Assembly: GCA_038087875.1 (NCBI GenBank)
Contig: CM075988.1
Location: 18,416,001-18,480,000, forward strand
Length of the DNA stretch: 64,000 nucleotides
Direction of reading: 5' to 3'
Source: Malacoraja senta
Taxonomy: Eukaryota
Positions within the stretch are counted from its first letter, which is position 1. Each line of letters begins with the position of its first letter. Position numbers and translations under genes: made by a program. Below are positions 1 to 13,262 of the stretch, piece by piece. The notes under the pieces were generated by a model. It did not search any database and was not told where the DNA came from. It saw only the letters and a program-made list of their open reading frames with translations.

Positions 1-70
1 TCACGGGAGAACGTACAAACTCCTTACAGACAGCACCCATAGTCAGGATCGAACCCTGGTCTCTGACGCA
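1..70 (-). mobile_element. HE1-like V-SINE, partial 5' part, runs off the window
   Basis: Reverse complement has the B-box-like GGTTCGATCCTGACT and the central GAGTTTGTACGTTCTCCC shared with the other copies. Confidence 0.8.
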
Positions 71-264
71 GGTCAGGCAGCATCTCTGGTGAACGGTGGA
101 GAGGTGATGTTTAGCTCGAGACCTTGTTCAGACTGATCAAACATATCCATGTTTTCCACAGATGCAGCCTGACCTGCTGCTTGCTCCAGCACTTTGTGAT
201 AATGTTTCAGAATGTTCCAAGGTGAACACTATCTGCTGACTAGGAACCCATTCCTGTACAACAT

Positions 265-577
265 AAGTTCAGAAGTCATAAGAGCAGAATTAGGTCATTT
301 GGCCCATCAAATCTCCTCCGCCATTCAATCATGGCTGATCTAACCCCATTCTCCTGCCTCCTCCCCATAACCCCCGACCCCCTTACTAGTCAAAGAACCT
401 GTCAATCTCCGCCTTGAAAATATCCATTGATGGCCTCCATAGCTGTCTGTTGCAATCAATTCCACAGATTCACCACCCTCTGACTGAAGAAATTCCTCCT
501 CATCTCCTTTCTAAAGGTAGGTCCATTTGTTCTGAGGATGGCCTCTGGTCCGAGACTCTCCCACTAGTGGAAACATC
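265..577 (-). mobile_element. CR1/HER1-type LINE 3' fragment
   Basis: Similar to the better-preserved CR1 3' end at 45090-45565 (CCATTCAATCATGGCTGATC, TTCCACAGATTCACCAC). Confidence 0.8.
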
Positions 578-2573
578 AACAAATCCTCTGCGTGAAAACT
601 TGGGAATCTTCAGAAGGTAGAAAACTACTGAGAAGCGGCACCAAACAGCAAATGGTCAATATAACATCAAAGCAGCACAGTTGGTCGTTGGGGCGGTGAC
701 GAAGGAGATATTCCAAGTAAAGGTTTATTCGTTTAAACCAGCATCTGGCGACCATCGAGAGTGGCTCACACTTCGTGTAGCTCGACACTCTGACCACAAC
801 TTACAACTCCCTTGCCTCCAATGGAAGGACGTCTTTCCCAGTTTCCTGTGGTAGCAAGCTAAACTTCTGCTGTAAATCACTGTGGGCTCTGCATCGAGAT
901 TGAGTGACATTTGGCCGCTACTGCTTTGCTCTTACATTGAACAATACAGCACAGGAACTGACCCATTTGCCCATCATGTTTGAGGCAAACTTGATGCCAA
1001 CTCACATACCACATGCCTTGGATAGAGTGTCTCGGATATATCTGATCAGACCTGGGAGGTTTGTCTACCTTCATATGCATGAGGACCTTCAGCACCTCCT
1101 TGATCGTAATACTCACTGCCCTCAGGACACTTCCACTGACTGCCCCAAGTTCCCCATTGTAAATTCTCGTAATGTGATCTGCCAGAGCCATCTCCTGTCC
1201 TCTTTTTGCTCTCCTGATCCCTGGAATCTCACAATCTCATGGGATTCGTAGCCGGGGGGAAAGGGCACAACTCCTTGGCATAGAGCAGGACCAATCCCTT
1301 CTCCATGACAGTATTGGCAGCACAGATCAGTGTTGTTGTTTCCCCCCCCCCCCCCCCCCCATCAGCGGCCAGTCCAAGTGATCCGCTTTACCCGACCTGG
1401 GACCAAGAGGAACAGCTGGGCTGGTGCATACCGGAGTGTTTACGGATCAATCCCCTGGGCTCTGCCAGGCCAGCAGCAGTTGCTACCACAGCCCCATCCA
1501 TGCACCAGGGACTGCTTTCAAAACCCAAACATCACAAAGCACAGCTGTTCCAACTAGTTCACAGTGAAGTGAAGGACACAGACACAATGAGCCACACTAC
1601 CACACCCCAGCCGCACAGCGCAGGTGGCAACAAGGCCCGTCAGCACTCTGCCAGATACCCACACTCTGTAGCAGCCTTTGCTCACATTCCACTGCCTTCT
1701 CAGCACTGCCCAGCAGCGAATATCTAAGACCCACTACACTCTTACCACACTCTCATCTCGCTGCTACCATCGGGAAAGGCCCAGGAGCCTGAAAACCGTG
1801 ACCTCCAGGTTCAAGAACAGCTTCTTCCCAGCATAAAATCAGGCTTCTGAACATTGACGGCCTCCACAGCCGTCTGTGGCAATGAATTCCGCAGATTCAC
1901 CACCCTCTGACCAAAGAAGTTCCTCCTCTCTCCTTTCTAAAGGTTCGTCCGTTTATTCTGAGGCTGCGGCCTGTGGTCCTCGACTCTCCCACTAGTGGAA
2001 ACATCCTCTCCACGTCTACACTATCCAGGCCTTATGTTTTGTATTATGTTACTTAGCATTACACATTTATTGTGTGATTATTGCATGTTTATTTGTGTTA
2101 ATGGGCCAGTAAAGTAACTGCGGCAAGTAAGAACTTGTCTTGTTGCTGATACAGATGACAATTAAATACTCGTGACACTTTAAAAAGGCAACGTATAAAA
2201 TGGAACCACCACCTGCTGCTGTCGCCGAAGCGAGATGGAATCCCTGGTACCCAAATCATCTGGAAATAATGCTCGGCGTTGAGATGCAACTTGGTGCGAC
2301 CTTCATTTCCAGGTAATTGCTTCACTGTACGATCAGTAATCAGTTGTACGGCCCAATGCAGTGAGCAACCCCCCTCCTGGGCAAATTCAATCTGCAATAG
2401 GACAACTAGTGACCAACTAAAAAGGTTCAATTAGCAAGGTATCCCCGCAGGTAATGGGCGGAGGCGTCACCATTCAGTTGGAAACCAGTGTCAATTATTG
2501 GAGGAACAATTAGTTCAGCTTCATCGAGGGAATGCCAGGCTCTGGCCTGCCCAACACTTGAGGTGGAGGGGAA

Positions 2574-2805
2574 AGGGCCTGTCCCACTTGGGAGTCATTT
2601 GCGCGTCATTTACGCGACATCATTTACGCGTCACGACACACGACGCACACGTGATGCGCGGATGGCGTGCATTGCGCGCGCATGGTGCATGGTGACGTAG
2701 GCAGTGACGCCAGGTCGCGCGCGGCGCCCCGGGATTTTGGGAGTCACGATATCTTCGCGCGCCACCTGCGTGACGCGCAAACGACGCCCAAGTGGGACAG
2801 GCCCT
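2574..2805. mobile_element. PIF/Harbinger-type MITE, family A short copy, CpG-rich
   Basis: TIRs AGGGCCTGTCCCACTTGGG...CCCAAGTGGGACAGGCCCT; interior homologous to 12390-12826; TSD not preserved. Confidence 0.75.
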
Positions 2806-2884
2806 TGTCACCAAATGCTTCAACTAAAAAAGGACCATCTTCCCGTACTGGAACTGCATTTTTTTTTTAGTTTAGCGATGCAGC

Positions 2885-2964
2885 GAGAAAGAGAAAGAGG
2901 GCGAGAGAAAGGGGGAGGAAAGGAGAGAAAGAGAGAGAGAGAGGGGGGGCAAGCGAGAGAGGGC

Positions 2965-3033
<69 letters not shown>
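2885..3033. repeat. Imperfect (GA)n purine-rich microsatellite
   Basis: Directly visible. Confidence 0.95.
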
Positions 3034-3034
<1 letters not shown>

Positions 3035-3128
3035 ACGAACAATCATGTTATCTGAGAAAATAAAAGATTTATTTGAAGTGTTACTAGTGCCAATTTGATA
3101 AGGGAAATAAAATATCACTGTACTACTG

Positions 3129-3290
<162 letters not shown>

Positions 3291-3859
3291 TGCAAAAGAT
3301 TAATTCTTTAAGGCTACTTACAAAAATCCATGGATTTTTAAAGCTAAAAGAAGGATAAACTCGGGTGATTTGAAAGCACTCAGGCTTGTTTCTCTACAAG
3401 AACCTGTTTGTTATTACATCAACCCTGGGCACTTTGCCACCGAAACCATTTGTCAAACTGTGTAACGAACCTTTGAAGTTGATATAATATGACAGGGAGC
3501 ACTGAACACTTTTCCCCCAATTAACGCCAGGAAACCTGCTCAGCAACTCCCTGGAACGGTTAATGGGCTGTGGAGCTTCAGATGCTGAATGTCCAAAGCT
3601 CTGGAATTCCTCCATAACAACTCCATCCCGACTTCTCTCCTCCTCAAAGACCAACCTTTAAATCCAAGGTACACAAAAATGCTGGAGAAACTCAGCGGGT
3701 GCAGCAGCATCTATGGAGCGAAGGAGATAGGCAACGTTTCGGGCCGAAACCCTTCTACAGACAATCTTAACACAAGGAACTGCAGATGCTGGTTTACAAA
3801 ACAAAAAAAGACACAAAATACTGGAGTAACTCAACGGGCCAGGCAGCATCTCTGGAGAA

Positions 3860-3994
3860 GGATTTCAGTCTGAAGAAGGGTTTCGGCCCGAAACGTTGCC
3901 TATTTCCTTCGCTCCATAGATGCTGCTGCACCCGCTGAGTTCCTCCAGCACTTTTGTCTACCTTCAATTTTCCAGCATTTGCAGTTCCTTCTTA
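3860..3994 (+). mobile_element. Penelope-derived short element with hammerhead-like motif, nested in an opposite-strand copy of the same family
   Basis: CTGAAGAAGGGTTTCGGCCCGAAACGTT at 3870-3897; 15-bp TSD AGCATCTCTGGAGAA at 3845-3859 and 3995-4009. Confidence 0.8.
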
Positions 3995-4365
3995 AGCATC
4001 TCTGGAGAACATGGATAGGTGAAGTTTAAGGCCAAGACGTTTCAGACGTCCTAAAGAAAACCTCTGCTGAAACCTCTGCTCACCAGCCTGCGGCCTTTCA
4101 TCACTGACGTTGTATTGTTGTTTTTGCTGCCATAAACATTGCTCTGTCAGAGAGACAGAGCCATGGATCTGTGCAGCACAGAAACGGGCCCTTCAGCCCA
4201 CCTCATCCATGTCGACCAAGTTGGCCTAACCAACTAGTCCCATTTGTCTGCATGAGGCTAATATCCCACTAAACGGTTGCAATGATGTATGGTCTTTCCA
4301 CCGACTGGATAGCACGCAACAAAAGTATTTTACTGTACCTCGGCCCACGTGAAAACAAATTAAAC

Positions 4366-4720
4366 TTCAAAAACCCTTCCTATCCCTATATCTGTCCAAA
4401 TGTCCTATAACATTCATAATTGTATACATTTCAATAGTCTCCACTGGCAGCTCATTACAGATACTGACTATCTTCTGAGTGAAAAAAATGCTCCTGAGGT
4501 CCATCTTAAATCTCTTCCCTCTCACCTTAAGCCTGTGCCCTCTAGTTTTAGAATCCTCTACTCTGGGAAAAAGACTGGGAGCGTTCACTTTATCCATGCC
4601 CCTCATGGTTTTGTATACCACAATAAGGTCATCCTTCAGCCTCCTATGCTCGCTCGCTGGTAAAAAAAAGTCCCAGACTATCCAACATCTCCGGATATCT
4701 CCAGCCTGCAAGCCCAGGTC
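4366..4720 (-). mobile_element. CR1/HER1-type LINE ORF2 C-terminal fragment
   Basis: ORF 4367-4711: RRLKDDLIVVYKTMRGMDKV...SKTRGHRLKV...FFTQKIVSICNELP. Confidence 0.85.
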
Positions 4721-5013
4721 ACATCCCAGGTCAAGTCAAGTCAAGTTTATTCGTCACATACACATACGAGATGTGCAGTGAAATGAAAAGTGGCAATGCT
4801 CGTGGATTGTGCAAAAAACCAAACAAACTACAAAACAGAATGGAACAGAATCACATATTCACATATTACATATTTGTGGGAGGAAAAAAGAAAAAAACTG
4901 CAATTTTAAAAAGATACCACACAACATTAAAATGGTACAGTCAAGTTAACACTTAAAGTTAAAGTGAAACACTTCTACACCCATACTAACTTAATGATAT
5001 TCTTGTAAATGAG

Positions 5014-5179
5014 AAGGAAAATGCTGGTTAACACCGAATGTAGCCACAAAATTCTGGAGTAACTCAGCGGGTCAGGCAGTCTGAAGAAGGGTCTCGACCC
5101 GAAACGTCACCCCTTCCTACTCTCCAGAGACGCTGCCTGTCCACCCGCTGAGTTACTGCAGCATTTTGTGTCTATCTTC
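5014..5179. mobile_element. Penelope-derived fold-back insertion with hammerhead-like motif
   Basis: CTGAAGAAGGGTCTCGACCCGAAACGTC at 5081-5108; 12-bp TSD CTTGTAAATGAG at 5002-5013 and 5180-5191. Confidence 0.8.
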
Positions 5180-5973
5180 CTTGTAAATGAGGTTGAAGCA
5201 AATATTACACACAAAGTAATCATGCGCATGCAGAGGAGATTAGTTGAACTTGGCATCCTGTTCGACATTGGCACTGTGGGCCAAAGGGCCTGTTCCTGCA
5301 CTGTACAGTTCTTGTTCTACCAGTCTCTCATCCTTTGGACAGTTGAATCTTTCTTACCAGCTGGTGGCTAATTTCTACTGAATGTAAAATAAAGACAGAT
5401 TTTCCTGAGCTTCCCTTTTGGTCCAGAAATGCTTGGATCACTGGCCATCACCCAATGCCCCAACGGGTTCACGCACCACTTCCAATCAAACTCCGTCTCA
5501 ACTTCCCTAATCATCGCAGCACTGCTGGGAAAAGACTTTTAACAACACTAATGAGCATTTTTTCTTCTCTCCAACCAATTTTAGCGTTTTAATTAGCAGG
5601 GATGTCAGAGTACTAATGACTTCATCCCTCTGTAGTTGTGCCCGGTCGGTGGAGAAGCCCAGCTGACAATCTCCTCACTGGAGGGCTACCGTCGACACGC
5701 CAACTCGAGGGGAAAGCAGATGCAAGGGTTCCTACTGGCAATAGAAGGCAGGCGGATCTCGGTTCACTTTCATCCAGATCTGACTTGGAACCAACGTGCG
5801 GTTTCTGCGGACCTAGATTCTCCTCACGGACAAGGTTCGCCGTTCGTTCCAACGGCCACTCACCCGAGGACGTTCCTGCAAGTTAACCCGAGACCAACCT
5901 GTCGCAAGTGCATCTCCTGCACGGAGGTTTGTGCATGTAGATTTAGACTTTAAACTGTAGAGATAAAACAGGG

Positions 5974-6266
5974 AGGCACGATGGTAGAGTTGCTGCCTTA
6001 CAGCGCCAGAGACCCCGGTTCGATCCTGGCTATGGGTGCTGTCTGTACAGAGTTTGTACGTTCTCCCCGTGACCGCGTGGGTCTTTGCCAAGATCTTCGG
6101 TTTCCCCCCACACTCCAAAAACGTACAGGTTTGTAGGTTAATTGGCTTGGTAGAAGTGTAAATTGTCCCTGGTGTGTGTAGGATAGTGTTAATGCCGGTG
6201 TGGACTCGGTGGGCCGAAGGGCCTATTTCTGCGCTGTATCTCTAAACTAAACTAAACTAAACTAAA
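5974..6266 (+). mobile_element. HE1-like V-SINE, near full length
   Basis: tRNA-like head with GGTTCGATCC B box, V-domain-like core, CR1-derived tail GGGCCGAAGGGCCT, (CTAAA)n end. Confidence 0.85.
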
Positions 6267-6339
6267 TGCGGAAACAGGCCATTTGGCCCACCGAGTCCCC
6301 AAACTTCAACACATCATATTGCATAAGAAATACAATGTA

Positions 6340-6720
6340 TGTAAACTGTGGTCTGTGGAGCGTCCTGACACGGGCGGCGCTGACTTTAAACACCGCGGAG
6401 CCTGGGATCTCTCGCCGAGATCGCCAGTATGTGGACTTCGGGAGCCGCGGTCTCCGGGGAGGAAGCGGCCGTTCCAGACACTCCAAGCCGCTGAGAGTGT
6501 TCTCCCGGCGCCGGAGCTCCATCACCCGGCGAGAGGGCCTGAAACATCGGGCCGCCGTCGCGGCGACTGCGGAGGCTTCAATAGGCCCGACCATGGGTCG
6601 AACAAGAGGAAGAGGACTGGACTTTGTTGCCTTCCCTCACAGTGGGAACCATTGTGGGGGGATGTTTTTATGTTCAATGTTAAATTCTTTGTTGTGTTGT
6701 GTTTTGTTTTTGTTGGTGTG
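6340..6720 (+). repeat. GC/CpG-rich unclassified repeat-like segment
   Basis: Abrupt CpG-rich block between repeats followed by T-rich sequence; no recognisable protein. Confidence 0.35.
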
Positions 6721-6726
6721 CTGCAG

Positions 6727-6912
6727 ATGGCTCGGAAAAGATGGCTGCCGGAGGTGAGAGTGAACTCTGGTGCGATTGGCTGCCGCTGCTCTCTCTCCGA
6801 ATTGTGTATTGTTGCTGTATATGTTGTTTTTGTTTCATGCTTGTTTTAACTGTAAGGTGTCCTTGAGAGTCCTGAAAGGCGCCCATAAATAAAATGCATT
6901 ATTACGATTATT
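6727..6912 (+). mobile_element. Short element with an L2-type 3' tail
   Basis: Ends TGTAAGGTGTCCTTGAG...TGAAAGGCGCCCATAAATAAAATGCATTATTA, the L2-type terminal motif. Confidence 0.55.
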
Positions 6913-8504
6913 AAACTCATCGCTAATAATAATAATTTAATAGATTGTTCAGCTATTTTTGCTCATCTTATTTGTGAATAAGTATAATTTATTTATTCTG
7001 GCTTGAAAATAAGATTGCATTCTTTTTCGTAAAAACTTTATAAAACAGATATCCCAATGGAAATATTTTTGAAGGTTATGGCTGATTGCAAGATATCCCC
7101 CCATTCGCAATAGAACCAGTTTTGTATTAAATGGTCTTGTGAAATGTACTGTGTTGTCAAAGGTCAAGATTCATATTCCAGGTGTGTTCACACCGTAAAA
7201 AATACCCCACCATCTTAAGGGACGTGGATAAAGTGAACTCTCAGAGTCTTTACCCAGCGTAGAGGATTCTAAAACTAGAGGGTACAGGCTTAAGATGAGA
7301 AGGGACCACAGCAGCAACTTTTTCACTGAGGTCAATTATGACTTTTAAAAGACATTTGAAATGATATAAGTAGAAAGGGTTTCGAAGGATTTGGGCTTAT
7401 AGCGTGCCTTTAATTTAAGAAAACAATTTCGGATGGGCACATCAAAGCAAAGACTGTATATAGTAAGGAGATATTTAGATAGATGATCGGATGCTTGATT
7501 GAAGAGATAGCATTTAAGAAAAATCTTCCCCTTCCCTCCAAAAATGCACAAAATTGAATAATCAAAATAAATATACTTAGTTCACAACTCTGCAATAAAC
7601 ATGTAGTAGGAAGCTCGATTGTAGGGAAGGAATGTCAGCGATTCCAACCTTGGCTGCCAATAGTGGAGCAGTTAAAGGTGGGGAGCTCCGGTGATGAGGA
7701 ATCTTATCGTTCACAATTAGCTCTAATTTAGCATATTTAGTTCAAAGATACAGCATGGAAACAGACCCTTCGGCTCACCGAGCCCACGCCGACCAGCGAT
7801 CTGAAGTTTGAAGAAGGGTCTCGACCCAAGATGTCAAACGTTCCTTTTCTCCAGAGATGCTACCTGACCCGCTGAGGCACTCCAGCATTTTGTGTCCATC
7901 ACCCACACACACTTGTTCTCTGTCATCCCACTTTCTCATCCACTCCCGACACACAAGGGGAAGTTTACAGAGGGCAATCAACCTACAAACCCACGCGTCT
8001 TTGGGATGTGGGAGGAAACTGGAGCACCCCGAGGAAAACCACGGGAAGAACATGCAAACTCCACACAGACAGCACCCGTGGTCGGTTTCAAACCCGGGAC
8101 TCTGGCTTTATCAGGAGAGTAATCTGCTTTTCTGAGGAGAAACGTCTTAGGAGGTTCTCTTGTTTTCTGTGTTAACTCCAAAATGCAGTCTTTGAAACAG
8201 CATTTCTGAAACATGCAAATTAAAAAAAATTGATAAATTTGCATCCTTTATCCAAATGAAATTTAATCGCTTTCAACCGAATGCATTAGAAAGCAGCAAC
8301 ATGCAAGAATCTCCTCAGTGTGAGTGTCTTTGCCACCTGCTCTCTTTAAGCAATCAGTCAAAGGATATAAAGGAAATGCACAATTTCAAAATGCAGCCAA
8401 AAGCAAAGGAGAAAATAATTTATTTAACCTCGAGCTAATCAATGTATCCTTGCCGACAGATAGGCTTCTCTGCAACATTTTTTGTTCTGGTAATTAATTA
8501 AATA

Positions 8505-8574
8505 AACTGACCTGATTACTAATGTTGTGGGTACTTTTAACTGACCTGATTACTAATGTTGTGGGTACTTTTAA
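8505..8574. repeat. Perfect 34-bp tandem duplication
   Basis: AACTGACCTGATTACTAATGTTGTGGGTACTTTT x2. Confidence 0.95.
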
Positions 8575-9110
8575 GTCTTTTACCCAGGGTGAGGGAATCA
8601 AACGCAAGAAGACATACTTGAAGGTGAGAGGGAAAGATTCAATAGAAACCCGAGGGGCGACCTTTTCATTCAGAGGGTGGTGGGTAAATGGGTAAACGAG
8701 CTGCCAGAGGAGGTAGTTGAGGCAGGTGCTATAACAGCATTAAAAAATACACTTGGACAGGTGCATGGATAGGAAAGGTTTAGAGAGATGTGTAGGAAGG
8801 AAATACAGATGCTGGTTTACACCAAGGACAGACAGACATAAAACTCAGCGGGACAGGCAACATCTCTGGATAGAAGGAATGGGTGATGTTTCGGATTGAG
8901 AGCTTTCTTCAGACTTTAGTCCTTCCATCCTTCTACCCAGAGATGCTGCCTGTCCCGCTAAGTTACTCCAGCATTTTGTGTCTATCCAAGGTTTAGAGGG
9001 ATATGGACCAAATGCAGGCAAATGGGACTAGCTTAGATGGGGGCATTTTGGTCAGCATGGACAAGTTGGGCTGAAGGGACGGTTTCCATGCCGTATGACA
9101 TTGTGACTCT
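8574..9110 (+). mobile_element. CR1-type LINE 3' end interrupted by a Penelope-derived fold-back insertion (8790-8987)
   Basis: CR1 tail motifs; insert bounded by AAGGTTTAGAG(A/G)GAT at 8775-8789 and 8988-9002. Confidence 0.75.
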
Positions 9111-9141
9111 ACTAGGCTGAGGCAACATGGAAACAGCCTCA

Positions 9142-9449
9142 TGAGCCTGTCCCACTTGGTGATTTTTTAGGCAACTGCCGGCGACTGTCATAGTCGTAGC
9201 AGGTCGCCGAAAAACCGGCAACAACCTACGACAGCACCTACATCAGGAGAAGTCAAGCTACGCTCATTGGCGTCAAGCCCACTGTTGCCAAAAAATGTTC
9301 AACGTGTTGAAAATTTAGCGGCGACCAGAAAGATGCCACGGCTTTTTGCGCGATTGAGGAGACGACTCCCGGCGACCACCGGCGAACACGTGGCGACAAA
9401 CTTGTCGCCTGTAGTTTCCTTAAAAAAATGCCTAAGTGGGACAGGCCCG
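9142..9449. mobile_element. PIF/Harbinger-type MITE, family B
   Basis: TIR core GCCTGTCCCACTT / AAGTGGGACAGGC; 3-bp TSD TCA on both sides; interior related to 15547-15854. Confidence 0.75.
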
Positions 9450-10883
9450 TCAATATTACATTCCTCTCTAAAATCTAAACACACTCTTATTTCCCTCAGT
9501 TGGAAACGAGAAGCAGAGCTACTTGCCTTGCATCATTACTTGAATAATTAGAGCTGAATCATGTTTTCATCTGCAGAGAACGTGGGTGAGAGTTAGCGAG
9601 GACACGGGTCAGTGAAAGGGCACAAGGAGGGAGAAATTTAAAGAATAACTGGTTGTAGGAGCCACCAGAAACATTATTTTCACGAGGCTCTATCAATGAA
9701 CCCACGAATGTTTGATCCAGAGGGAGGAACAGAAGGCCACTTTCACCTCCGGAGCAACTCAGAGTTATAAAGCTGTACACCATGGAGATGTGCCCTTTGG
9801 CTCGCCTTACCCAGGCCAACCAAGGCATACCGCACTATCTCATTTGCCCTCATTTGGCCCATATCCTTCCAAACCCTTCCAATCCATATATCTGTCCAAA
9901 TGTATTTAAAAAGTCATGATTACTGCATTGTGGAGGCATAAGGGAGAGCAGATGCTGGAATCTTGAGCAAGATATAATGCTCAGGAGATCGGGCAGCAGC
10001 TGTGGAGGGAATGGACAGATTTCTTTTTTCGGGTCGGGACCCTCCTTGAGACACATACCAGCACAAGGTCAACCCAGAGCAGATAGAGGGTCCCAATGCT
10101 TTGGCAGCCTCTTGAAAGGTGGACACAAAGTGCTGGAGTAACCAGAGGGTCAGGCAGCATCTGTGGAGAAAATTGGTAAGTGATGTTTTGGTTTGGACTC
10201 TTGCTTGATACTTGATTGATCCTTCTTCAGACCCGACCCGAAACGTCACCTGCCCATGTTCCCCAAGGATGCTGCCTGACCTGCTGAGTTACTTCAACAT
10301 TTTGTGTCTATCTTTGGTATAAACCAACAACTGCGGTTCCTTTTTTAAATTACATTTGTCTACAAAGGTGGTGTTGGCAGACAGGAGAACTAACCCGTGA
10401 ACACACTCCTGGAAGTGCTGCCATTGATTTTAGCCATTATTTAATTGGTAACTATCCTGCAGTCACCACAGTTTTGTGGACAAGTCACCTTGCTTTGACT
10501 CCACTGCCTCCTTAAGATGCAATCACAACAAGCGTTCAACGCAAATAACAGGGGACAAATCCCTAACCCACGACCGTAGTTCCTCGCCTCCAGTTCTGTG
10601 GGCCCCCCCCCCCCCCCATTACCACAACAGCTCCTCATTGCTGCCTCACGGAGAGGCTCAAGATAAAGGAATCTGACAACCGGGGTGCACAGCAGATTGT
10701 GCCTTTGAATGAGTCAACCTCTGGAGATCCCTCCTCCCACCCCCACCCCTCTCGCCCAGGTACAATTACACAACAAACTGCAATAATTTCCCTCCACAAA
10801 ACAGCTAGAGACCGGCAGGAGGCAGCGTCAGGAGGAGCTGGATGCAAGAAAGAGGAGAAACCAAAAGAACCTGGGTCTCTGGC

Positions 10884-11152
10884 CTGACAGCACCGGGTTC
10901 GATCCCGACCACGGGTGCTTGTCTGTACGGAGTTCGTACGTTCTCCCCGTGACCTGCGAGGGTTTTCTCCGAGATCTTCGGTTTCTTCCCACACTCCAAA
11001 GACGTACGTAGATATGTAGGTTAATTGGCTTGGCATTACTGTAAATTGTCCCTAGTGTATGGAGGATAGTGTTAGTGTGCGGGGATCGCTGGTTGGTGCG
11101 GAGTCGGTGGGCCAAAGGGCCTGTTTCCGCGCTGTATCTCCAAACTAAACTA
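10884..11152 (+). mobile_element. HE1-like V-SINE
   Basis: B box GGTTCGATCCC, conserved core, (CTAAA)n tail. Confidence 0.85.
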
Positions 11153-12389
11153 AGATAGAATCAGAGAGAGGGAGTAGAGTTTGTTCCACCTTTGTTTTCA
11201 CGCCCATGGGGGAGAGTAAGGCACCATTTCCCCACTAATAACCCACTCCTTAAGCCCAGTCATCGAGTCAAAGAGTCATACAGCGTGGAAACAGGTCTTT
11301 CGGCCCAACTTGCCAACAACGACCAACATGTCCCATCTACACTAGTCCCACCTGCCTGCGTTTGGCCCATATCCCTCTAAACCTATCATATCCATGTACC
11401 TGCCTAAATGTTTGTTAAATATTGCAATAATCTCAGCCTCAACTACCTCCTCCAGCAGCTTGTTCTAAACGCCCACCACCCTTGGTGTGAAAATGTCACC
11501 CCTCAAATTCCTATTAAATCTTTCCCCCTTCACTTTCAACAGCAAGGGTTTAACAATCCTAACTTAGCCAAACAGCACATGAATAGAGGTCTTTTTTTTC
11601 TGAATGAGCCATAACTTTAAATCTTAATCAGAAAGAGTTTCTAATCCAAATTTTTAATAGGATCATGAGGATTTTAGTTCGCAGTTGGTTTCAGTAAAGC
11701 TGCCCTTGAGCAGAAGTGAAGTGAGTGGTGGTGAGGAGGGGGGGATGGGACAAGAGGCAGGAGCAGAAATTACTGGTGTAATTTTCCCCATGCTGCCTAG
11801 GCAGCAACCTGACAGATAATCGTTTCCCAGCACACAACCTGCACAGTTAATGTTCTTCTCCGGTGTAAAGGGCCTGAGAAAAATAAATTGGATGGATTCT
11901 ACAATCTGCAGGTGATGCGCTCCATCAGTTACACACAGCGGCAGCGGGGATGAAAATTGGCCTCTTCTACGCGCTTCCAGTTCCCCTGGCACATCCAGTG
12001 TCCTGAAGCACCAAACATGGAGCAGTACAGCACAGGAACAGGCCCTTCGGCCCACAATGTCCATACCCAACATGATGCCAAGGTAATCTAAATAACTAAA
12101 TAAAACCTGCAGGGTCTGTGGGAGGGTCCCGACCGGAAACGTCACCTATTCTGTTTCTCCAGGGATGCTGCCTGACCCGCTGAGTTACTCCAGCTTTTTG
12201 TGTCTGTCTTCAGTTTAGACTAGCACTTGCAGTTCCTTCCTACACATAAACTAATCTCCTCTGCTTGAACGCGATCCATATCCCTCCATTCCCTGTCTAT
12301 CCATTTGCCTAACCACAAGCCTCTTGAACACTGCGGCCGGCACCTGCTTCCACCAGGTGAACAGAGAAGATTACGAAAGGGTAGCCTAA

Positions 12390-12826
12390 AGGGCCTGTCC
12401 CACTTGGCCGTCATTTGCGCGCCATTTACGCAACCTCCAAAAATGTGGTCGTCGCGTTGTGACGCACGGGTAGCGTGTGGGTAGCGCGGGACGGGCGCAT
12501 GGAGAGGCGTGGAGGAGTGTGGAGTTGCTCGCGGTATCGCGCGGCGCTCCAGGATTTTGTGCTTCACGAATTCCTCGCGCGCCACCTGCGTGACGTGTCG
12601 CGTACGAACGCTGACGCATTGGCGTTGCACGCTGGTGTCCCGACGTCTCATGTATGATTACGTCACCGTGCGTAACCATGTGTCGCAGCGCGTCGCAGGG
12701 TATTCTAATGACGTCACGCGCACCAGGCGGCATGATGACGCGTGATTTGCACGTGACGTCGCCTCGACCTATTTGACATATGACGCGTAAATGAGGCGCA
12801 AATGACGGCCAAGTGGGACAGGTCCT
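12390..12826. mobile_element. PIF/Harbinger-type MITE, family A long copy
   Basis: ~42-bp TIRs AGGGCCTGTCCCACTTGGCCGTCATTTGCGC...; TAA TSD at 12387-12389 and 12827-12829; very CpG-rich interior. Confidence 0.85.
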
Positions 12827-12834
12827 TAAGAATC

Positions 12835-13262
12835 ACAGTCAGAGCTGTACAGCACAAAAACAGGTCCTTCAGCCCATCTTGTCAATGCCAAACAAGTTGA
12901 CACACTGGGCAAGTCCCATCTCCCTCTAAACCCTTCTTATTCATATATCTGCCCAAATGTCTTTTAAAAGTCCAATTGTATCCACTTCTGCAGCTTCGTC
13001 TGGCAGCTCATTCCAGATACGACTAACCTTTGAATGACAAAGTTACCCCAAGGTCCCTCTTGAACCTCTTCCCTCTCACCTTAAGCCTATGCCCTCTTAT
13101 TTCGGAATCCTCTACCCTGTGGAAAAGACAGTGAGCGTTCACTTTATCCATGAGGGTGAACACATCAATAACATCACCCCTCAGCCACCTACGCTCCAAA
13201 GAGAAATGTCCTCGCCTATCCAAACTCTCCCTATAACTCAAGCCCAGGCAACATGCTGGTGA
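12835..13262 (-). mobile_element. CR1-type LINE 3' fragment
   Basis: ORF 13023-13241: SYRESLDRRGHFSLERRWLRGDVIDVF...RGHRLKVRGKRF. Confidence 0.8.

Noticed and set aside
5974..6040. tRNA gene at SINE heads, here and in other copies
   Set aside because: A/B boxes are present but there is no complete cloverleaf, and the sequence continues into the SINE core and LINE-derived tail.
6262..6849. Overlapping 110-188 aa ORFs
   Set aside because: GC-rich repeat-like DNA is open in several frames on both strands, with no recognisable domain.
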